The notes: a model not told the origin generated them from the letters alone. A stretch of 64,000 nt of DNA from Candidatus Spongiisociaceae bacterium (GCA_965213975.1 OZ243930.1:2230390-2294389), one strand, 5' to 3'; numbered from the stretch's first letter, positions 39,911 through 51,139 are shown. Program-made: numbers and translations.

Positions 39911-41005
39911 ATGAAACAGCCTTGGAGGATTCTCATCCTATCCGTGGCCTTCGCTCTAGTCGGGGTGGCGTGCGGCGATTCGGAACCCGAGCCGGACCCG
40001 ACAACCACCGCGGCCGCCCCCGAGACAACAGCTGCGCCCGCTACCGAAGCGACTAGCACCACCGCGGCCGCCGACCCGGTGAACCTTATCTACGTCAGCC
40101 CCAACCCGTTGGGAGTCAACAACTTCCTCATCTTGGGAGAGGTCGGCACCCAGAGGGTCGCCGAACGGCGAGGGGGTACTTGGAAGACTTTCGAGTCGGT
40201 GGATGACTCCACCCGGCGTGCCAACATTGAGGCCGCGATCGACGAGGCACCGGACGTAATCGTCCTAACCACCTTCACGCTCGTCGAGATGGCCGACGAG
40301 TACTCCAAGGCCAATCCCGACCAGAAGTTCATCATCATCGATTCCTGCCCGGATGAGCCAGCACCAAACCTGCACTGTGGGGTCTTCCGCGAGCATGAGG
40401 GGGCCTACCTGCTCGGCGTGATGGCTGGCCACCTATCCGAGGCCAAGCAGGTCGGATCGGTCGCCGCGCTCGACATTCCCTTCTTCAAGCGGTGGTGGCA
40501 GAGCTTTGCCGAGGGTGCCCAGTCGGTTGATCCCGATATCGTGAACTCGGTGGTGTTCATTGCGGGCGACAACCCGTTCTCCGACCCCGCTCGGGCTAAG
40601 GAACTGGCCCTCTCGTTGGCCGCGCAGGGTCCCGACCATATCTTCGCGGTCGGTGCCGGGTCCAACGGCGGTGTGTTCGAAGCCGCCGAGGAGGCTGGTT
40701 TCCTCGCCTACGGGGTGGATGTCAACGAGTGTCCCAGCGCGCCCGGCTATATCGTCGACAACAACCTGAAGGTGGTCGATGCGGTGGTCGAGCAACTCCT
40801 CGATCAGGTCTTGGACGGTACGGCCGGTCCGGTGGTGTCCTTCGGTTTGGCCGAAGGCGGAACCGGAGTGATCGCCTTGCAACCCGGCCTAGCCGACAGC
40901 CAATGCGTGATCGCCGACTATCCCGAGATCGTTGAGGAGGTCCGCGCGGTTGCCGAGGGAATTATCGACGGCTCGATCGTGGTCAACGATCCTTTGTTCG
41001 GCTAG
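39911..41005 (+). CDS. BMP-family (PnrA-like) ABC transporter substrate-binding lipoprotein, probably nucleoside-binding. Start assigned to MKQPWRIL...
   Basis: Signal peptide with a lipobox (LVGVAC-G), a Thr/Ala-rich linker, and a BMP fold. It precedes a two-ATPase-domain ABC protein and two permeases. Confidence 0.8.
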   Translation: MKQPWRILILSVAFALVGVACGDSEPEPDPTTTAAAPETTAAPATEATSTTAAADPVNLIYVSPNPLGVNNFLILGEVGTQRVAERRGGTWKTFESVDDSTRRANIEAAIDEAPDVIVLTTFTLVEMADEYSKANPDQKFIIIDSCPDEPAPNLHCGVFREHEGAYLLGVMAGHLSEAKQVGSVAALDIPFFKRWWQSFAEGAQSVDPDIVNSVVFIAGDNPFSDPARAKELALSLAAQGPDHIFAVGAGSNGGVFEAAEEAGFLAYGVDVNECPSAPGYIVDNNLKVVDAVVEQLLDQVLDGTAGPVVSFGLAEGGTGVIALQPGLADSQCVIADYPEIVEEVRAVAEGIIDGSIVVNDPLFG

Positions 41006-41054
41006 TCGGGAGTCGTCCGAATACAAGACGAATCGTGAAACCGGCTGATACGCA

Positions 41055-42578
41055 GTGACTCCGGTTCTCGAGCTCCGGGGAATCACCAAACGATTCCCCG
41101 GAGTGCTCGCTAACGACGCGATCGACATGACGGTGCACGCCGGAGAGATTCACGCCCTAGTCGGAGAGAACGGTGCCGGAAAGACGACCCTGATGTCGAT
41201 CCTGTTCGGCCTGTTCCCGGCCGACGCCGGCCAGATCCTGGTTAACGGCGACCCGGCGCGATTCGCGTCTGCTCTGGACGCTATACGGTCAGGACTGGGG
41301 ATGGTTCATCAGGCCTTCCGGCTCTTCCCGACGTTGACCGTCGCCGACAACGTCGTTTTTAGGGAGGAACCGACCCGGGGTGGCCTGGTGGATCGGTCGG
41401 AGAGTGTTCGGCAGGTCAGGGAGGTTGCAGACCGATATGGGATGGCGGTCGACCCGACCGCGGTAGTCGAAAGTCTCCCGGTGGGGGTCTTGCAGCGGGT
41501 CGAGATCCTCAAGGCGCTCTACCGGGACGCGCAGATCCTCATCCTTGACGAACCCACCGCGGTGCTTACCCCCCAGGAGCGGAACAAGCTGTTCGAGGTA
41601 ATCCGAGTGCTCCGTGATGCCGGGCGCACAATCCTCTTCATCACCCACAAGCTGGGCGAGGTGATGTCTCTGTCGGATCGAGTCACTGTGCTTCGCGACG
41701 GCAAGTCGGTGGCCCATCTCGTCACCGCCGACACTAATCCCGAAGAGATTGCTCGTTACATGACCGGTCGCGATGTTGATCTGGAACGGCGGGCACCGCC
41801 ACACACTCCCGGGACGACGGTGCTGGCCGTCTCAGACCTGAGTGCCACCGGGGAGCACGGTCGAAAGGTTGTTCAGGAAGCCTCTTTGAGGGTCCGGTCC
41901 GGCGAGATCGTCGGGGTAGCGGGCATCGCCGGTAACGGCCAAAGTGAGTTGATCGAGGTCATCGCCGGATTGCGACCACCGGACACCGGCTCTGTACAAC
42001 TCAACGGTGCAGACATAACCGACTCGGCGGTGTCGGCCCGCCGGTCGGCTGGTATGGCGTATGTACCGGAAGACCGCCATGGAGTAGGGACTAGCCATCA
42101 GGCATCGGTGTGGGCCAACCTGCTGATGAGCCACCAGCGCGGATCGGCCTTTCAGCGCCGAGGCTGGTTCAACCTGAAGGCTATCCGCAACCATGCCCAA
42201 GGCCTTATCAGCGCCTACGACATCCGGTCAGGCTCGATCGCCAGTCCAGTTTCCACCCTGTCGGGAGGTAACTTGCAAAAGGTTGTGGTGGGGCGCGAGA
42301 TGTCCCACGGAGCGCCGTTGCTCATTGCCGAGCAGCCCACCCGAGGGCTCGATATAGCGGCGATCGAGTTCATCCATGATCGCCTGATACGTTTCCGGAA
42401 CGAGGGTGGGGCGGTGCTGATGGTGTCAGCCGAGTTGTCCGAGATCCTCGCCCTGAGCACCCGGATCCTGGTGATGTACGAGGGGCGGATCGTCAGCGAG
42501 TTGAACCCGGCAGAGGTGGGTGAGGCTGACATCGGCCTGTACATGACGGGAGCACACCTGGAGCCCTCGAATGGCTGA
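41055..42578 (+). CDS. ABC transporter ATP-binding protein with tandem ATPase domains (nucleoside/sugar importer type)
   Basis: Two Walker A motifs (GENGAGKTT; GIAGNGQSEL), two signature motifs (LSGGN..) and two Walker B motifs (ILILDEPT; LLIAEQPTRGLD). Confidence 0.9.
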   Translation: MTPVLELRGITKRFPGVLANDAIDMTVHAGEIHALVGENGAGKTTLMSILFGLFPADAGQILVNGDPARFASALDAIRSGLGMVHQAFRLFPTLTVADNVVFREEPTRGGLVDRSESVRQVREVADRYGMAVDPTAVVESLPVGVLQRVEILKALYRDAQILILDEPTAVLTPQERNKLFEVIRVLRDAGRTILFITHKLGEVMSLSDRVTVLRDGKSVAHLVTADTNPEEIARYMTGRDVDLERRAPPHTPGTTVLAVSDLSATGEHGRKVVQEASLRVRSGEIVGVAGIAGNGQSELIEVIAGLRPPDTGSVQLNGADITDSAVSARRSAGMAYVPEDRHGVGTSHQASVWANLLMSHQRGSAFQRRGWFNLKAIRNHAQGLISAYDIRSGSIASPVSTLSGGNLQKVVVGREMSHGAPLLIAEQPTRGLDIAAIEFIHDRLIRFRNEGGAVLMVSAELSEILALSTRILVMYEGRIVSELNPAEVGEADIGLYMTGAHLEPSNG

Positions 42579-43680
42579 TTCTCAGACCAGACAGGTAGGC
42601 GATATCCGCGGTCGAGTCGAAGGGATGTTGTCCCATCCGGTTCTGTTCTCGCTGGTCTTCGCCTTCGTCTTGGGCTGGGTGATCGTCTACCTGACCGGGA
42701 ACGATCCCGGCTTCGCTTATCGAGAGATGGTCGAAGGGGCGGTTACCGGGTCGGGGCTTCGCAACACCCTCGGCAGGGCTATCCCGATCGTCGGGATGGC
42801 CCTCGCGGTCTCGGTCGCCTTCCGGGCCGGGGTCATCAACCTGGGTGGGGAAGGCCAGATGGTCATGGGTGGCCTGGCTGGAAGCCTGGTGGCGATCTAC
42901 ACGCCGGGACCGGGCGAGATCGTCATCCCCCTGGCGATGGTCGCCGGAGGATTGACCGGTGCCTTGTGGGCCATGGTGCCCGCATTCGGGCAGACTCGTC
43001 TCCGTCTACCCATTCTCATAACCAGCCTCTTGCTCAACTACGTTGCCCGGGCCGTTACCGGTTATCTGGTCCGCTTTCATTTCCTGGACGATTCTGTGAC
43101 CTTGACGTCGACTCGCCAAGTCCCGGATACGGCGCGGATGCCCAGGCTGCCGCTGTTCGGGGGAGTGAGCCTGTCGCTGTTGCTTGTTGTCTTGGCAGTG
43201 GTGGTGGCGTGGGTCGTGTACCGCCGCACGGTGCCCGGCTACGAGACGCAGATGGCTGGCCTCAACGGACGGTTTGCCCGTTACGGTGGTATAGAGGTGG
43301 AGCGCCAAACCGTGGGGGTGATGATCGTGGCCGGGGCCATCGGCGGGGTGATCGGTACGCACATGATCATCGGCGACGCCTACCGCTTCATCGACGGCGA
43401 ATTGGTGGTAAGCGGTTTGGCCTGGACCGGCCTGCTGGTTGCATTGCTGGCTGCCAACCATCCCCCGACGATCCTGGTGGCCGGGCTTCTCTTCTCGGGC
43501 CTCCAGATCGGGGGCTTGGCCATGCAGCGCAACGCTGATGTGTCCTGGCGTCTAGCCCAGGTCCTCCAAGCAGTGGTAATAGTGGCGGTAGCCAGCCGCC
43601 TGGCCTTTGATATGTTCAAGCGGCGGCGAAGGCATTCGACCGGCAGCGAGCCGGAGTCGGCGGCCCTGGGAGAAGTGTGA
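42571..43680 (+). CDS. ABC transporter permease
   Basis: Multi-pass membrane protein. It overlaps the ATPase stop by 8 bp. Confidence 0.8.
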   Translation: MADSQTRQVGDIRGRVEGMLSHPVLFSLVFAFVLGWVIVYLTGNDPGFAYREMVEGAVTGSGLRNTLGRAIPIVGMALAVSVAFRAGVINLGGEGQMVMGGLAGSLVAIYTPGPGEIVIPLAMVAGGLTGALWAMVPAFGQTRLRLPILITSLLLNYVARAVTGYLVRFHFLDDSVTLTSTRQVPDTARMPRLPLFGGVSLSLLLVVLAVVVAWVVYRRTVPGYETQMAGLNGRFARYGGIEVERQTVGVMIVAGAIGGVIGTHMIIGDAYRFIDGELVVSGLAWTGLLVALLAANHPPTILVAGLLFSGLQIGGLAMQRNADVSWRLAQVLQAVVIVAVASRLAFDMFKRRRRHSTGSEPESAALGEV

Positions 43681-44600
43681 TGTTCGAGCAGCTGTTTGAC
43701 GCCGCCCTCTTTGAATCGGTGGTCAGGGCGATGGTTCCGATCTTGCTCGCCGCGCTGGGAGGGATGATCTGCGAGCGGGCCGGGGTGTTCCAGATCGCCA
43801 TGGAAGGCATGATGCTGGCCGGGGCGTTTGCGGCGATGGCCGGGTCGTACCTGGCTGTTTCCAGTGGCTTGGGCGTGGTGTTCGGGGTAGCCGCCGGGGT
43901 GCTGGTTTCGCTGATGTTGGCATTCGGCACCGTCAGCAGGAAGGGCGATCCCATCGTGCTCGGCATCGCTCTCAACTTGATGGCGATCGGGCTGACCGGG
44001 TTTCTTCTCCCCCAGATCTTCGGCGTGCGCGGCACGTTCCGTCACGAGCGGATCGACGGTCTGGATCGGCTGGCGATCCCAGGGCTGTCAGAGATTCCAT
44101 GGATCGGGTCGGTCCTCTTCGACCAGACGATCCTCGGTTACCTGGCCTTCCTCCTCGTTCCAGCCATATGGCTGGTCTTGTTCCGCACGCCTCTGGGTCT
44201 GCGCCTTCGCGGCGTGGGTGAGCGCCCTTTGGCCGCCGAGTCGTTGGGGGTCAGCCCCACCGCTTATAAGTACGGGGCAGTGATCGCCTCGGGTGTCTTG
44301 TCCGGGCTGGCTGGTGCCCAGCTGGCGCTGGGAAACCTGGTGCTGTTCGCCGAGGGCATGTCGGCGGGGCGGGGGTGGGTGGCGGTGGTGGCGGTGATGC
44401 TGGGCCGAGCTCACCCCTTCGGGGTCTTCGGTGCCAGCTTGCTCTTTGCCTTCGCAGAAGGCCTGGGATTCCGCCTTCAGGGTAATGGCCTGCCGGTACA
44501 GATCACCGATGCCCTCCCCTTTGTTGTGACCTTGGTCGCCCTAGTGGTGGCCCGCAAACGCTTCGCTCGTCTCTTGGACCTCACAACGGCCCAGAATTGA
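43677..44600 (+). CDS. ABC transporter permease
   Basis: Multi-pass membrane protein. It overlaps the preceding permease by 4 bp. Confidence 0.8.
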   Translation: MMFEQLFDAALFESVVRAMVPILLAALGGMICERAGVFQIAMEGMMLAGAFAAMAGSYLAVSSGLGVVFGVAAGVLVSLMLAFGTVSRKGDPIVLGIALNLMAIGLTGFLLPQIFGVRGTFRHERIDGLDRLAIPGLSEIPWIGSVLFDQTILGYLAFLLVPAIWLVLFRTPLGLRLRGVGERPLAAESLGVSPTAYKYGAVIASGVLSGLAGAQLALGNLVLFAEGMSAGRGWVAVVAVMLGRAHPFGVFGASLLFAFAEGLGFRLQGNGLPVQITDALPFVVTLVALVVARKRFARLLDLTTAQN

Positions 44601-44606
44601 AGCTGG

Positions 44607-45509
44607 CTACGAGGTCGACGCCGCTTCCTCGTCCGTCCCTACCAGTTCCATGAGCTTGCGCGCCCGCGGGTCGAGTTCGGAACCCGATCTCCACACGGCT
44701 TCGATTCGTCTGAGTGTCACCAGGGGGCCTTCTTCCAGGTCAAGTAGCTCATCTTCAGATACCGCCACTTGCCGGGGGAGAACCGTGCGGGCGTAACCAA
44801 GGACGGCCATCTGGCGCAGGACGGATGGATTGGCCGACTCCAGGGTCACCTGAGTTGAGATGCCGAGCCGAGCCAGGCCCTGGTCGACCAACAGCCGGGT
44901 TCGGGATCCGGGAGGGTAGAACGCCCACAACTCTCGGGTCTCTCCGACTGGGGAGTCCTCAACTTGGTCAATCGGTCGGGTGCCCGGACGCGAATAGATG
45001 TGCATTTCTTCGGTAGCGATCGGCCTCGAGTTGTAGTCCGATCCGGCCGGGCCTACCACGAACGCTAGGTCGATTCGATAATCGGCCAGCATTGCCAAGA
45101 GAGTGTCCGATTCCTCTACTACCAGTTGGATCTCGATCGAGGCGTGTTCATCCTGCATGCGGAGCAGGTCCGGCGTGATCGTGAAGAGACTCACCGTGTC
45201 GATCATCCCCACCCTGAGCGACCCCACTTCCCCCTTTTCCCAGTTCTCCAGCCAGCGGAGCAAGTCGGAGGTCTGGCCGAGGACTTGGTCGGCGAAACGG
45301 GCAACCCGATACCCTCCTTCGGTCAGGACCCGATGGCGGCCATGCTTCCTGAAGAGCGGCGTACCGAGACGCTTGGAGAGCTCGGCTAGCGAGTGGGAGA
45401 GGGCTGGCTGGCTGATTCCGAGTTCCGAGGCCGCCTCCGTGAACGATCCGAATCGCTCCACTGCCTGGAGGAACTGCAGGCTTCTGAAGTTGATCGGCGG
45501 CAGTTCCAT
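44607..45509 (-). CDS. LysR-family transcriptional regulator
   Basis: N-terminal helix-turn-helix (FTEAASELGISQPALSHSLAELSKRLG) and a C-terminal substrate-binding domain. Confidence 0.9.
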   Translation of the reverse strand: MELPPINFRSLQFLQAVERFGSFTEAASELGISQPALSHSLAELSKRLGTPLFRKHGRHRVLTEGGYRVARFADQVLGQTSDLLRWLENWEKGEVGSLRVGMIDTVSLFTITPDLLRMQDEHASIEIQLVVEESDTLLAMLADYRIDLAFVVGPAGSDYNSRPIATEEMHIYSRPGTRPIDQVEDSPVGETRELWAFYPPGSRTRLLVDQGLARLGISTQVTLESANPSVLRQMAVLGYARTVLPRQVAVSEDELLDLEEGPLVTLRRIEAVWRSGSELDPRARKLMELVGTDEEAASTS

Positions 45510-45595
45510 AAATGTTTCCTATGGATAAACATACTCATATCTATTTGACTTAAGAATAGCGAGCTTCGAACCTCCTTGAACCGGAACCGAAAGGA

Positions 45596-46702
45596 ATGGT
45601 CGTGGAGGAAATCCGAGTAGCAATAGTGGGCGTCGGCAACTGCGCATCGTCCCTCATTCAGGGTGTTGAGTTTTACCGGGACGCTCCACCCGACGAGACC
45701 ATTCCCGGTCTGATGCATCCGGTGCTCGGCCCCTATCACGTAGGGGACATCCGTTTCGTTGCTGCTTTCGACGTTGATGCGGCCAAGGTCGGACAGGACC
45801 TCTCCAAGTCGGCAGCATCAGGCCCGAACAACACCATATCCTTCAGCGAGGTCCCCCACCTTGATGTCACGGTTCAGCGCGGTCCCACGATGGACGGGAT
45901 CGGTACTTACGTGTCTGGGTTGGTCGAAGAGTCTGCCGCGCCTCCGGTAGATGTAGCCGAGGAACTACGCAGGGTAGGCACTGAGGTAGTGGTGTCCTAC
46001 CTGCCGGTGGGTTCGCAGGCGGCCACCGAATATTACGCGGAGCAGGCCTTGGCCGCCGGATGCGCCTTCGTCAACTGTATACCTGTCTTCATCGCTCGTA
46101 CGGAACGATGGGCCGAACGGTTCCGGGTCGCCGGTCTACCCATCGTGGGGGATGACATCAAGTCCCAGGTAGGAGCGACGATCCTGCACCGCACCCTGGT
46201 AAACCTGTTCCAGGACCGTGGCGTCAAGGTGGACAGAACCTACCAGCTGAACTTCGGCGGGAACACTGACTTCCTCAACATGTTGGAAAGAAGCCGGCTG
46301 GTATCCAAGAAGGAGTCCAAGACCAAGGCAGTTACCAGCCAGCTCAACACCCGCGCCGAGGTGGAGGATGTCCACATCGGGCCCTCCGATCATGTTCCAT
46401 GGCTCACCGACCGCAAGTGGGCCCATATCCGTCTGGAGGGAACCGGTTTCGGGGATACCCCTCTCAACGCCGAGGTGAAGCTGGAAGTCTGGGACAGCCC
46501 CAACTCGGCCGGGGTGGTGATCGATGCGGTGCGATGCGCCAAGCTGGGCCTGGATCGCGGGATGGCGGGACCGCTCCACGAGGCGAGTGCCTACTTCATG
46601 AAGTCACCCCCTCACCAGATGCGGGATGAGGAAGCCAGATCAGCGGTCGAGGCCTTCATCGCCGACTCCAAGACAACGGCGGGACGGGCCGACAACGGTT
46701 AA
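45596..46702 (+). CDS. ino1: myo-Inositol-1-phosphate synthase (bacterial/archaeal type)
   Basis: 368 aa. [16 protein letters not shown] (NAD-binding), SYLPVGS, and high collinearity with actinobacterial Ino1. Confidence 0.9.
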   Translation: MVVEEIRVAIVGVGNCASSLIQGVEFYRDAPPDETIPGLMHPVLGPYHVGDIRFVAAFDVDAAKVGQDLSKSAASGPNNTISFSEVPHLDVTVQRGPTMDGIGTYVSGLVEESAAPPVDVAEELRRVGTEVVVSYLPVGSQAATEYYAEQALAAGCAFVNCIPVFIARTERWAERFRVAGLPIVGDDIKSQVGATILHRTLVNLFQDRGVKVDRTYQLNFGGNTDFLNMLERSRLVSKKESKTKAVTSQLNTRAEVEDVHIGPSDHVPWLTDRKWAHIRLEGTGFGDTPLNAEVKLEVWDSPNSAGVVIDAVRCAKLGLDRGMAGPLHEASAYFMKSPPHQMRDEEARSAVEAFIADSKTTAGRADNG

Positions 46703-46737
46703 ATCAAGCGCGGTCCGGTCGCCATGGCGCTCCGATC

Positions 46738-49047
46738 TCAAACCTGTCTAGGCTCGATTGCGGGAGGATCGAACGCGGTGTGGGTCGGTACCTCGCCTAG
46801 CCACCTCTCGACCCGCACCAGGCAGGTGTGGGCGGTCGGTCCCTGGGCCAAGGACGAAGTCCCCTCGTCGGAAGTCAGCGTGTTTGGGTTACCGTGCAGA
46901 CAGGTTTCTTCCAGGTCAGGTCCCTCACCGGGCGAGTACCAGGCCCCGGTAGCCAGCTGCACCACGCCTCTCCGAACCCGGTCGGTGATGATAGCCCCGG
47001 CGAGACAGGCACCCCTGGCGTTGTAGACCCGGACCACGTCCCCGGGCCTGATCCCCCGCTGAGCGGCGTCATCAGCATGGATGCGGACCGCTTCCAGGTC
47101 CCGGACCTTAGCCTTCCGGCTCGTCGATCCATGATCCCATTGGCCGTGGAGCCGAGTGGCAGGCTGGTTGGAAACCAGGTGAAGGTCAAGACCCGGTTCC
47201 GCATCCCCGAGCCATTCCCGGGGTGGCATCCAGGCCGGATGAGGTGGGCAGTCCTCGTACCCGAAGCCAGCGATAGTTTCCGAGTAGAGCTCGATCCGAC
47301 CCGAAGGGGTGGGTAACGGATGGGAATCCGGGTCTTCGCGGAAGTCGTCCAGCAGGACCTGCTTCGGTTCGTCCCCGCTCATCCGCCGATCAAGGAATCC
47401 TGCTTGTCGGAACTCCTCGTAGGTGGGACTACCGGGTTCACGGTGCCTTAGCTTCTCGTAGAGATGCCTTACCCACTGGTCGGCGGTACGGCCCTCGGTA
47501 AACTCCTCCTTCACCCCGAGCCGACGGGCCAGCCCGCCGAGGATCTCGTAGTCGTTCCTGGCCGCCCCTACCGGAGGGATGGCCTGCTGCATGGCAAAGA
47601 CCAGAGTGTCGTTGGGAGCCCCACCTAAGTCGTTGCGTTCGAGGGCGGTAGTGGTCGGGAACACCACGTCCGCATGTTTGGCGGTTGCCGTCCAGAAGGG
47701 TTCGTTCACCACCACCGTGTCGGGTCGTTGCCAGGCCCTCCGCAGCCGGTTGAGATCCTGGTGATGGTGGAACGGGTTCCCTCCCGACCAGTAGACCAGG
47801 CGGATATCGGGATACGTGTAGACGGCTCCGTTATAGGTGAAGTCCTGGCCGGGTCGCAGCAGCATGTCGGTGATCCGGGCCACCGGTATGAACGAGCGCG
47901 GTGCCTTGCCACGATCCAGGAATGGGAGCCAGGACGTACCGGAGCCGTTGCCGACTGACGCCGCCGCCCCGTAACCGACGCCGAAGCCTCCCCCGGGCCG
48001 ACCGATCTGCCCGATGGCCGCCGCTAGGGCGATAGCCGCCCATATGACATGCTCCCCATGGTGGGCACGCTGCAAGGACCAGCTCACGTTGATCATCGAC
48101 GTTGTTTCCACCAGCGACCGGGCTAAGGCTTTTATCTCCGACGGGCTGATAGTTGTTATAGGAGAAGCCCAATCGGCGTCCTTGGCCACGCCATCCGCCT
48201 CCCCGGTGAGGTAGGCGGCCAGCTGGTCCCATCCGGTGCAGTATCGGTATACGAAGTCGCGGTCGAAGGTTCGGTCCTCAACCAGCGTGGTGATCAGGGC
48301 GAGCATCAGAGCCGTGTCCGTCCCCGGCCTGATCGGGATCCACGCCGGGCGGATGGTCTCCTCAAAGTCATCCGCGACGGGCGAGACGTTCACGAAGCGG
48401 GCCCCTCGCTCAGCCCAGCGGTGCAACCAGCCGCGGAGCTCGTGCTTCCCCACCCCGCCGTAGTTGACCTGGCTGTTCTTGAGGGGTACGCCGCCGAAGG
48501 CGACCAGCAGATCGGTCTGTTCGGCCAATACGTCCCAGGAGGTGTGCGAGTTCTGGAACCTCCACCAGCCCATCCCCAAGACGTGGGGCACGATGACCTC
48601 GGCGGCGGCAAGGCTGTAGGTGTTGACGGAGCCGGTGTATCCGCCGAGGGCGTTCATGAATCGATGGAGCTGGGTGGGGGCATGGTGGAAGCGACCGGCG
48701 CTGGCCCAGCCGTATGATCCGGCATAGATCGCCTCGTTTCCGTACGTGGCCCTCACCCGATCGATCTCCGAGGCGACGAGGTCCAGAGCCTGGTCCCATC
48801 CGACCTCGACAAAGGGCTCCCTACCCCTCAGCTCCGCACCGGCACCGGGGCCGTCCTTGAGCCAGCTCTTGCGGATCGACGGCATCCCCACCCGGCAGCG
48901 ATCCACATCAACCATGGAGTTCCCGATCGGTGACGGATCAGGATCGCCACGAAACGGCCTTACCGAGCGGATCGATCCACCGGATGCTTCCACCTCGTAG
49001 GCACCCCAGTGGGTCAGTGTGAGACCGGGGTGGCGCTGGTCTTCCAC
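46738..49047 (-). CDS. Molybdopterin-guanine-dinucleotide S-/N-oxide reductase (BisC/TorZ-like, cytoplasmic)
   Basis: 769 aa, collinear with biotin sulfoxide reductase (SWDQALDL; AGSYGW; PVARI..M; C-terminal ...GxAxxxC). No signal peptide. Confidence 0.88.
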   Translation of the reverse strand: MEDQRHPGLTLTHWGAYEVEASGGSIRSVRPFRGDPDPSPIGNSMVDVDRCRVGMPSIRKSWLKDGPGAGAELRGREPFVEVGWDQALDLVASEIDRVRATYGNEAIYAGSYGWASAGRFHHAPTQLHRFMNALGGYTGSVNTYSLAAAEVIVPHVLGMGWWRFQNSHTSWDVLAEQTDLLVAFGGVPLKNSQVNYGGVGKHELRGWLHRWAERGARFVNVSPVADDFEETIRPAWIPIRPGTDTALMLALITTLVEDRTFDRDFVYRYCTGWDQLAAYLTGEADGVAKDADWASPITTISPSEIKALARSLVETTSMINVSWSLQRAHHGEHVIWAAIALAAAIGQIGRPGGGFGVGYGAAASVGNGSGTSWLPFLDRGKAPRSFIPVARITDMLLRPGQDFTYNGAVYTYPDIRLVYWSGGNPFHHHQDLNRLRRAWQRPDTVVVNEPFWTATAKHADVVFPTTTALERNDLGGAPNDTLVFAMQQAIPPVGAARNDYEILGGLARRLGVKEEFTEGRTADQWVRHLYEKLRHREPGSPTYEEFRQAGFLDRRMSGDEPKQVLLDDFREDPDSHPLPTPSGRIELYSETIAGFGYEDCPPHPAWMPPREWLGDAEPGLDLHLVSNQPATRLHGQWDHGSTSRKAKVRDLEAVRIHADDAAQRGIRPGDVVRVYNARGACLAGAIITDRVRRGVVQLATGAWYSPGEGPDLEETCLHGNPNTLTSDEGTSSLAQGPTAHTCLVRVERWLGEVPTHTAFDPPAIEPRQV

Positions 49048-49127
49048 AGATCTCTTTTCTTTCGACGGCTCAAAGATATCCTAAGGCGCTCGGTCGGTTC
49101 GACGGTCGGGTGTAGGGTTTCCGCCAC

Positions 49128-50291
49128 ATGCCTGAGGAACCCGCCGCGATCAGCCTTGACCTGCTCATTTCAGCCATGCCCAAGGCGGAGCTGCATGTGC
49201 ACCTCGAAGGGACGGTAAGTCCGGCTACCGCGGTGGAGTTGGCAGGTAGGCATCAACTGGAGCACACCCTCCCCACCACAGATCCCGACTCCCTGGCCCG
49301 CTGGTTCGTCTTCGAAAACTTCACCGACTTCATCCGGGTCATCAGCGCCATCCAGAACCTGATCCGGACCTCGGACGATTTCGCGCTGGTGACCTACCAA
49401 GCCGGTGTGGACATGGCCCAACAGAACATCCGCTATCGGGAGCTCACGGTCACCCCTCACAACCACACCCACATCTTCGATAAGGGTTTGACAGTTGAGG
49501 ACATCCTGCGCGGGCTGGAGGAGGGGCGGCAGAGCGCCCGGGCCGACTTCGGAGTCGAGATCAGATGGGTGTTCGACGTCTCCCGGAACTTCAGCTTCTC
49601 CCGTCCCGGCGGCACCTACGACCCGAGACCGGCCGAAGTGACCTTGCGCCACGCTTTGGCCGGGCAGGAATACGGGGTGATAGGACTGGGCATCGGTGGG
49701 GACGAACAAGGACGACCTCCGGCACCCTTCGCCCCTACTTTCCGGGAGGCGAAGCGAGCGGGCCTCAAGAGCCTGCCCCACGCGGGCGAGTCCCTCCGCA
49801 CCTGGGGTGCCGACCACGTCAGAGAATCCGTCTTGGCGTTGGAGGCGGATCGCATCGGCCACGGAATCGGAGCCATTCGCGACCCGCACCTCCTTGCCCT
49901 GCTCGCGGACCGAGCGATCCCTCTGGAGGTCTGTCCTACCAGCAACCTGAAGACCCGGGTGTGCCCTCTCGAAGCGGTCCACCCCTTCCCACACCTCGAT
50001 CGGATGGGGTTGACGGCCACTGTGAACAGCGATGATCCACCTCTGTTCGGAACCACTCTCAACAACGAGTACCGGCTCCTAGCTGATCGGTTCGGCTACG
50101 AAACGAGCGACCTGCTCCGGATTGCTCGCAACGCATTCGCCGCCGCAATGTGCGAACCCCGACTCCGGTTGTCCCTCCTAGAGGAGTTCGATTCCTGGGT
50201 CCGCACACGCGGGGCAACAGAAGCCCTCGCCGACGAGGGGACAATGACGGGCCACAAGGCGGTGTCGGGGAGGTACGGAACGGATCACTAG
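49128..50291 (+). CDS. add: Adenosine deaminase
   Basis: KAELHVHLEG zinc-site motif and the C-terminal TVNSDDP motif. Confidence 0.9.
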   Translation: MPEEPAAISLDLLISAMPKAELHVHLEGTVSPATAVELAGRHQLEHTLPTTDPDSLARWFVFENFTDFIRVISAIQNLIRTSDDFALVTYQAGVDMAQQNIRYRELTVTPHNHTHIFDKGLTVEDILRGLEEGRQSARADFGVEIRWVFDVSRNFSFSRPGGTYDPRPAEVTLRHALAGQEYGVIGLGIGGDEQGRPPAPFAPTFREAKRAGLKSLPHAGESLRTWGADHVRESVLALEADRIGHGIGAIRDPHLLALLADRAIPLEVCPTSNLKTRVCPLEAVHPFPHLDRMGLTATVNSDDPPLFGTTLNNEYRLLADRFGYETSDLLRIARNAFAAAMCEPRLRLSLLEEFDSWVRTRGATEALADEGTMTGHKAVSGRYGTDH

Positions 50292-50311
50292 GCTGGATCT
50301 GTGCCCCCGGC

Positions 50312-51139
50312 ATGACCTTCGATGCCAAGGAACGGAAGACCATAGCGGCATTCGACAAGTCGGCTGTTGACAAGGACGCTCGGCAATACGCCACCCGGAT
50401 CAAGCGGGGTGACGTGGGCCGTTACGTGCTGCTGCCGGGTGACCCGGATCGTGTCGATCGGATCGCCGGCCATCTCGATAACGCCGAACTGGTGGCCCAC
50501 AGCCGGGAGTTTCGGACCATCACCGGTACTTACCAAGGGATACGGGTCAGTGCCATGTCCACCGGGGTCGGCTGCCCATCGGCCTCTATCGCGGTTGAGG
50601 AGTTGACCAACGTCGGGGCCACCCACTACATCAGGGTGGGCAGCACCGCCGGTCTCCAGCCGGAGGTGCGGACTGGTGACATCGTGATCAACACCGGCAC
50701 CTTGCGGAACGACGGAACCTCTCGCGCCTACGTTCCGGACAACTACCCGGCGGTAGCCGACCACTTCTTGGTCCACGCCCTTATTGAGGCGGCCCGCGAA
50801 CGTCAGCCGAAGGGTGGTTTCGGACTCCACATCGGGCTGGGTGTCTGTGACGATGCCTTCTACGCTGAGACCCCGGAGTGGATCCAACGCCACGCCCGGC
50901 TTGGGCTCCTGAACGTCGAGATGGAGAGTTCGGCCATTTTCACGGTGGCCTGTCTCCGCGATGTCCACGCGGCGATGGTGTGCGGTGTCTCCGGAAACCT
51001 GGTGGAGGCAGATTTGGACTACCAACAGGGGGAACACGGCAACCGGAGGCTGGTTGCTGCCTGGGAGAACGCCATCAAGATCGCGTTGGCGGCGGTCGCG
51101 AGATATCACAGGGAGTATCTCACTCCCCCCGAGAGGTAA
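50312..51139 (+). CDS. udp: Uridine phosphorylase (PNP/UDP family 1). Start assigned to MTFDAKE...; the listed ORF begins at 50150 and overlaps add.
   Basis: Collinear with E. coli Udp: LLPGDPDRVDRIA, HSREF, STGVGCPSASIAVEEL, VGSTAGLQP and NVEMESSAIFTV. Confidence 0.85.
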   Translation: MTFDAKERKTIAAFDKSAVDKDARQYATRIKRGDVGRYVLLPGDPDRVDRIAGHLDNAELVAHSREFRTITGTYQGIRVSAMSTGVGCPSASIAVEELTNVGATHYIRVGSTAGLQPEVRTGDIVINTGTLRNDGTSRAYVPDNYPAVADHFLVHALIEAARERQPKGGFGLHIGLGVCDDAFYAETPEWIQRHARLGLLNVEMESSAIFTVACLRDVHAAMVCGVSGNLVEADLDYQQGEHGNRRLVAAWENAIKIALAAVARYHREYLTPPER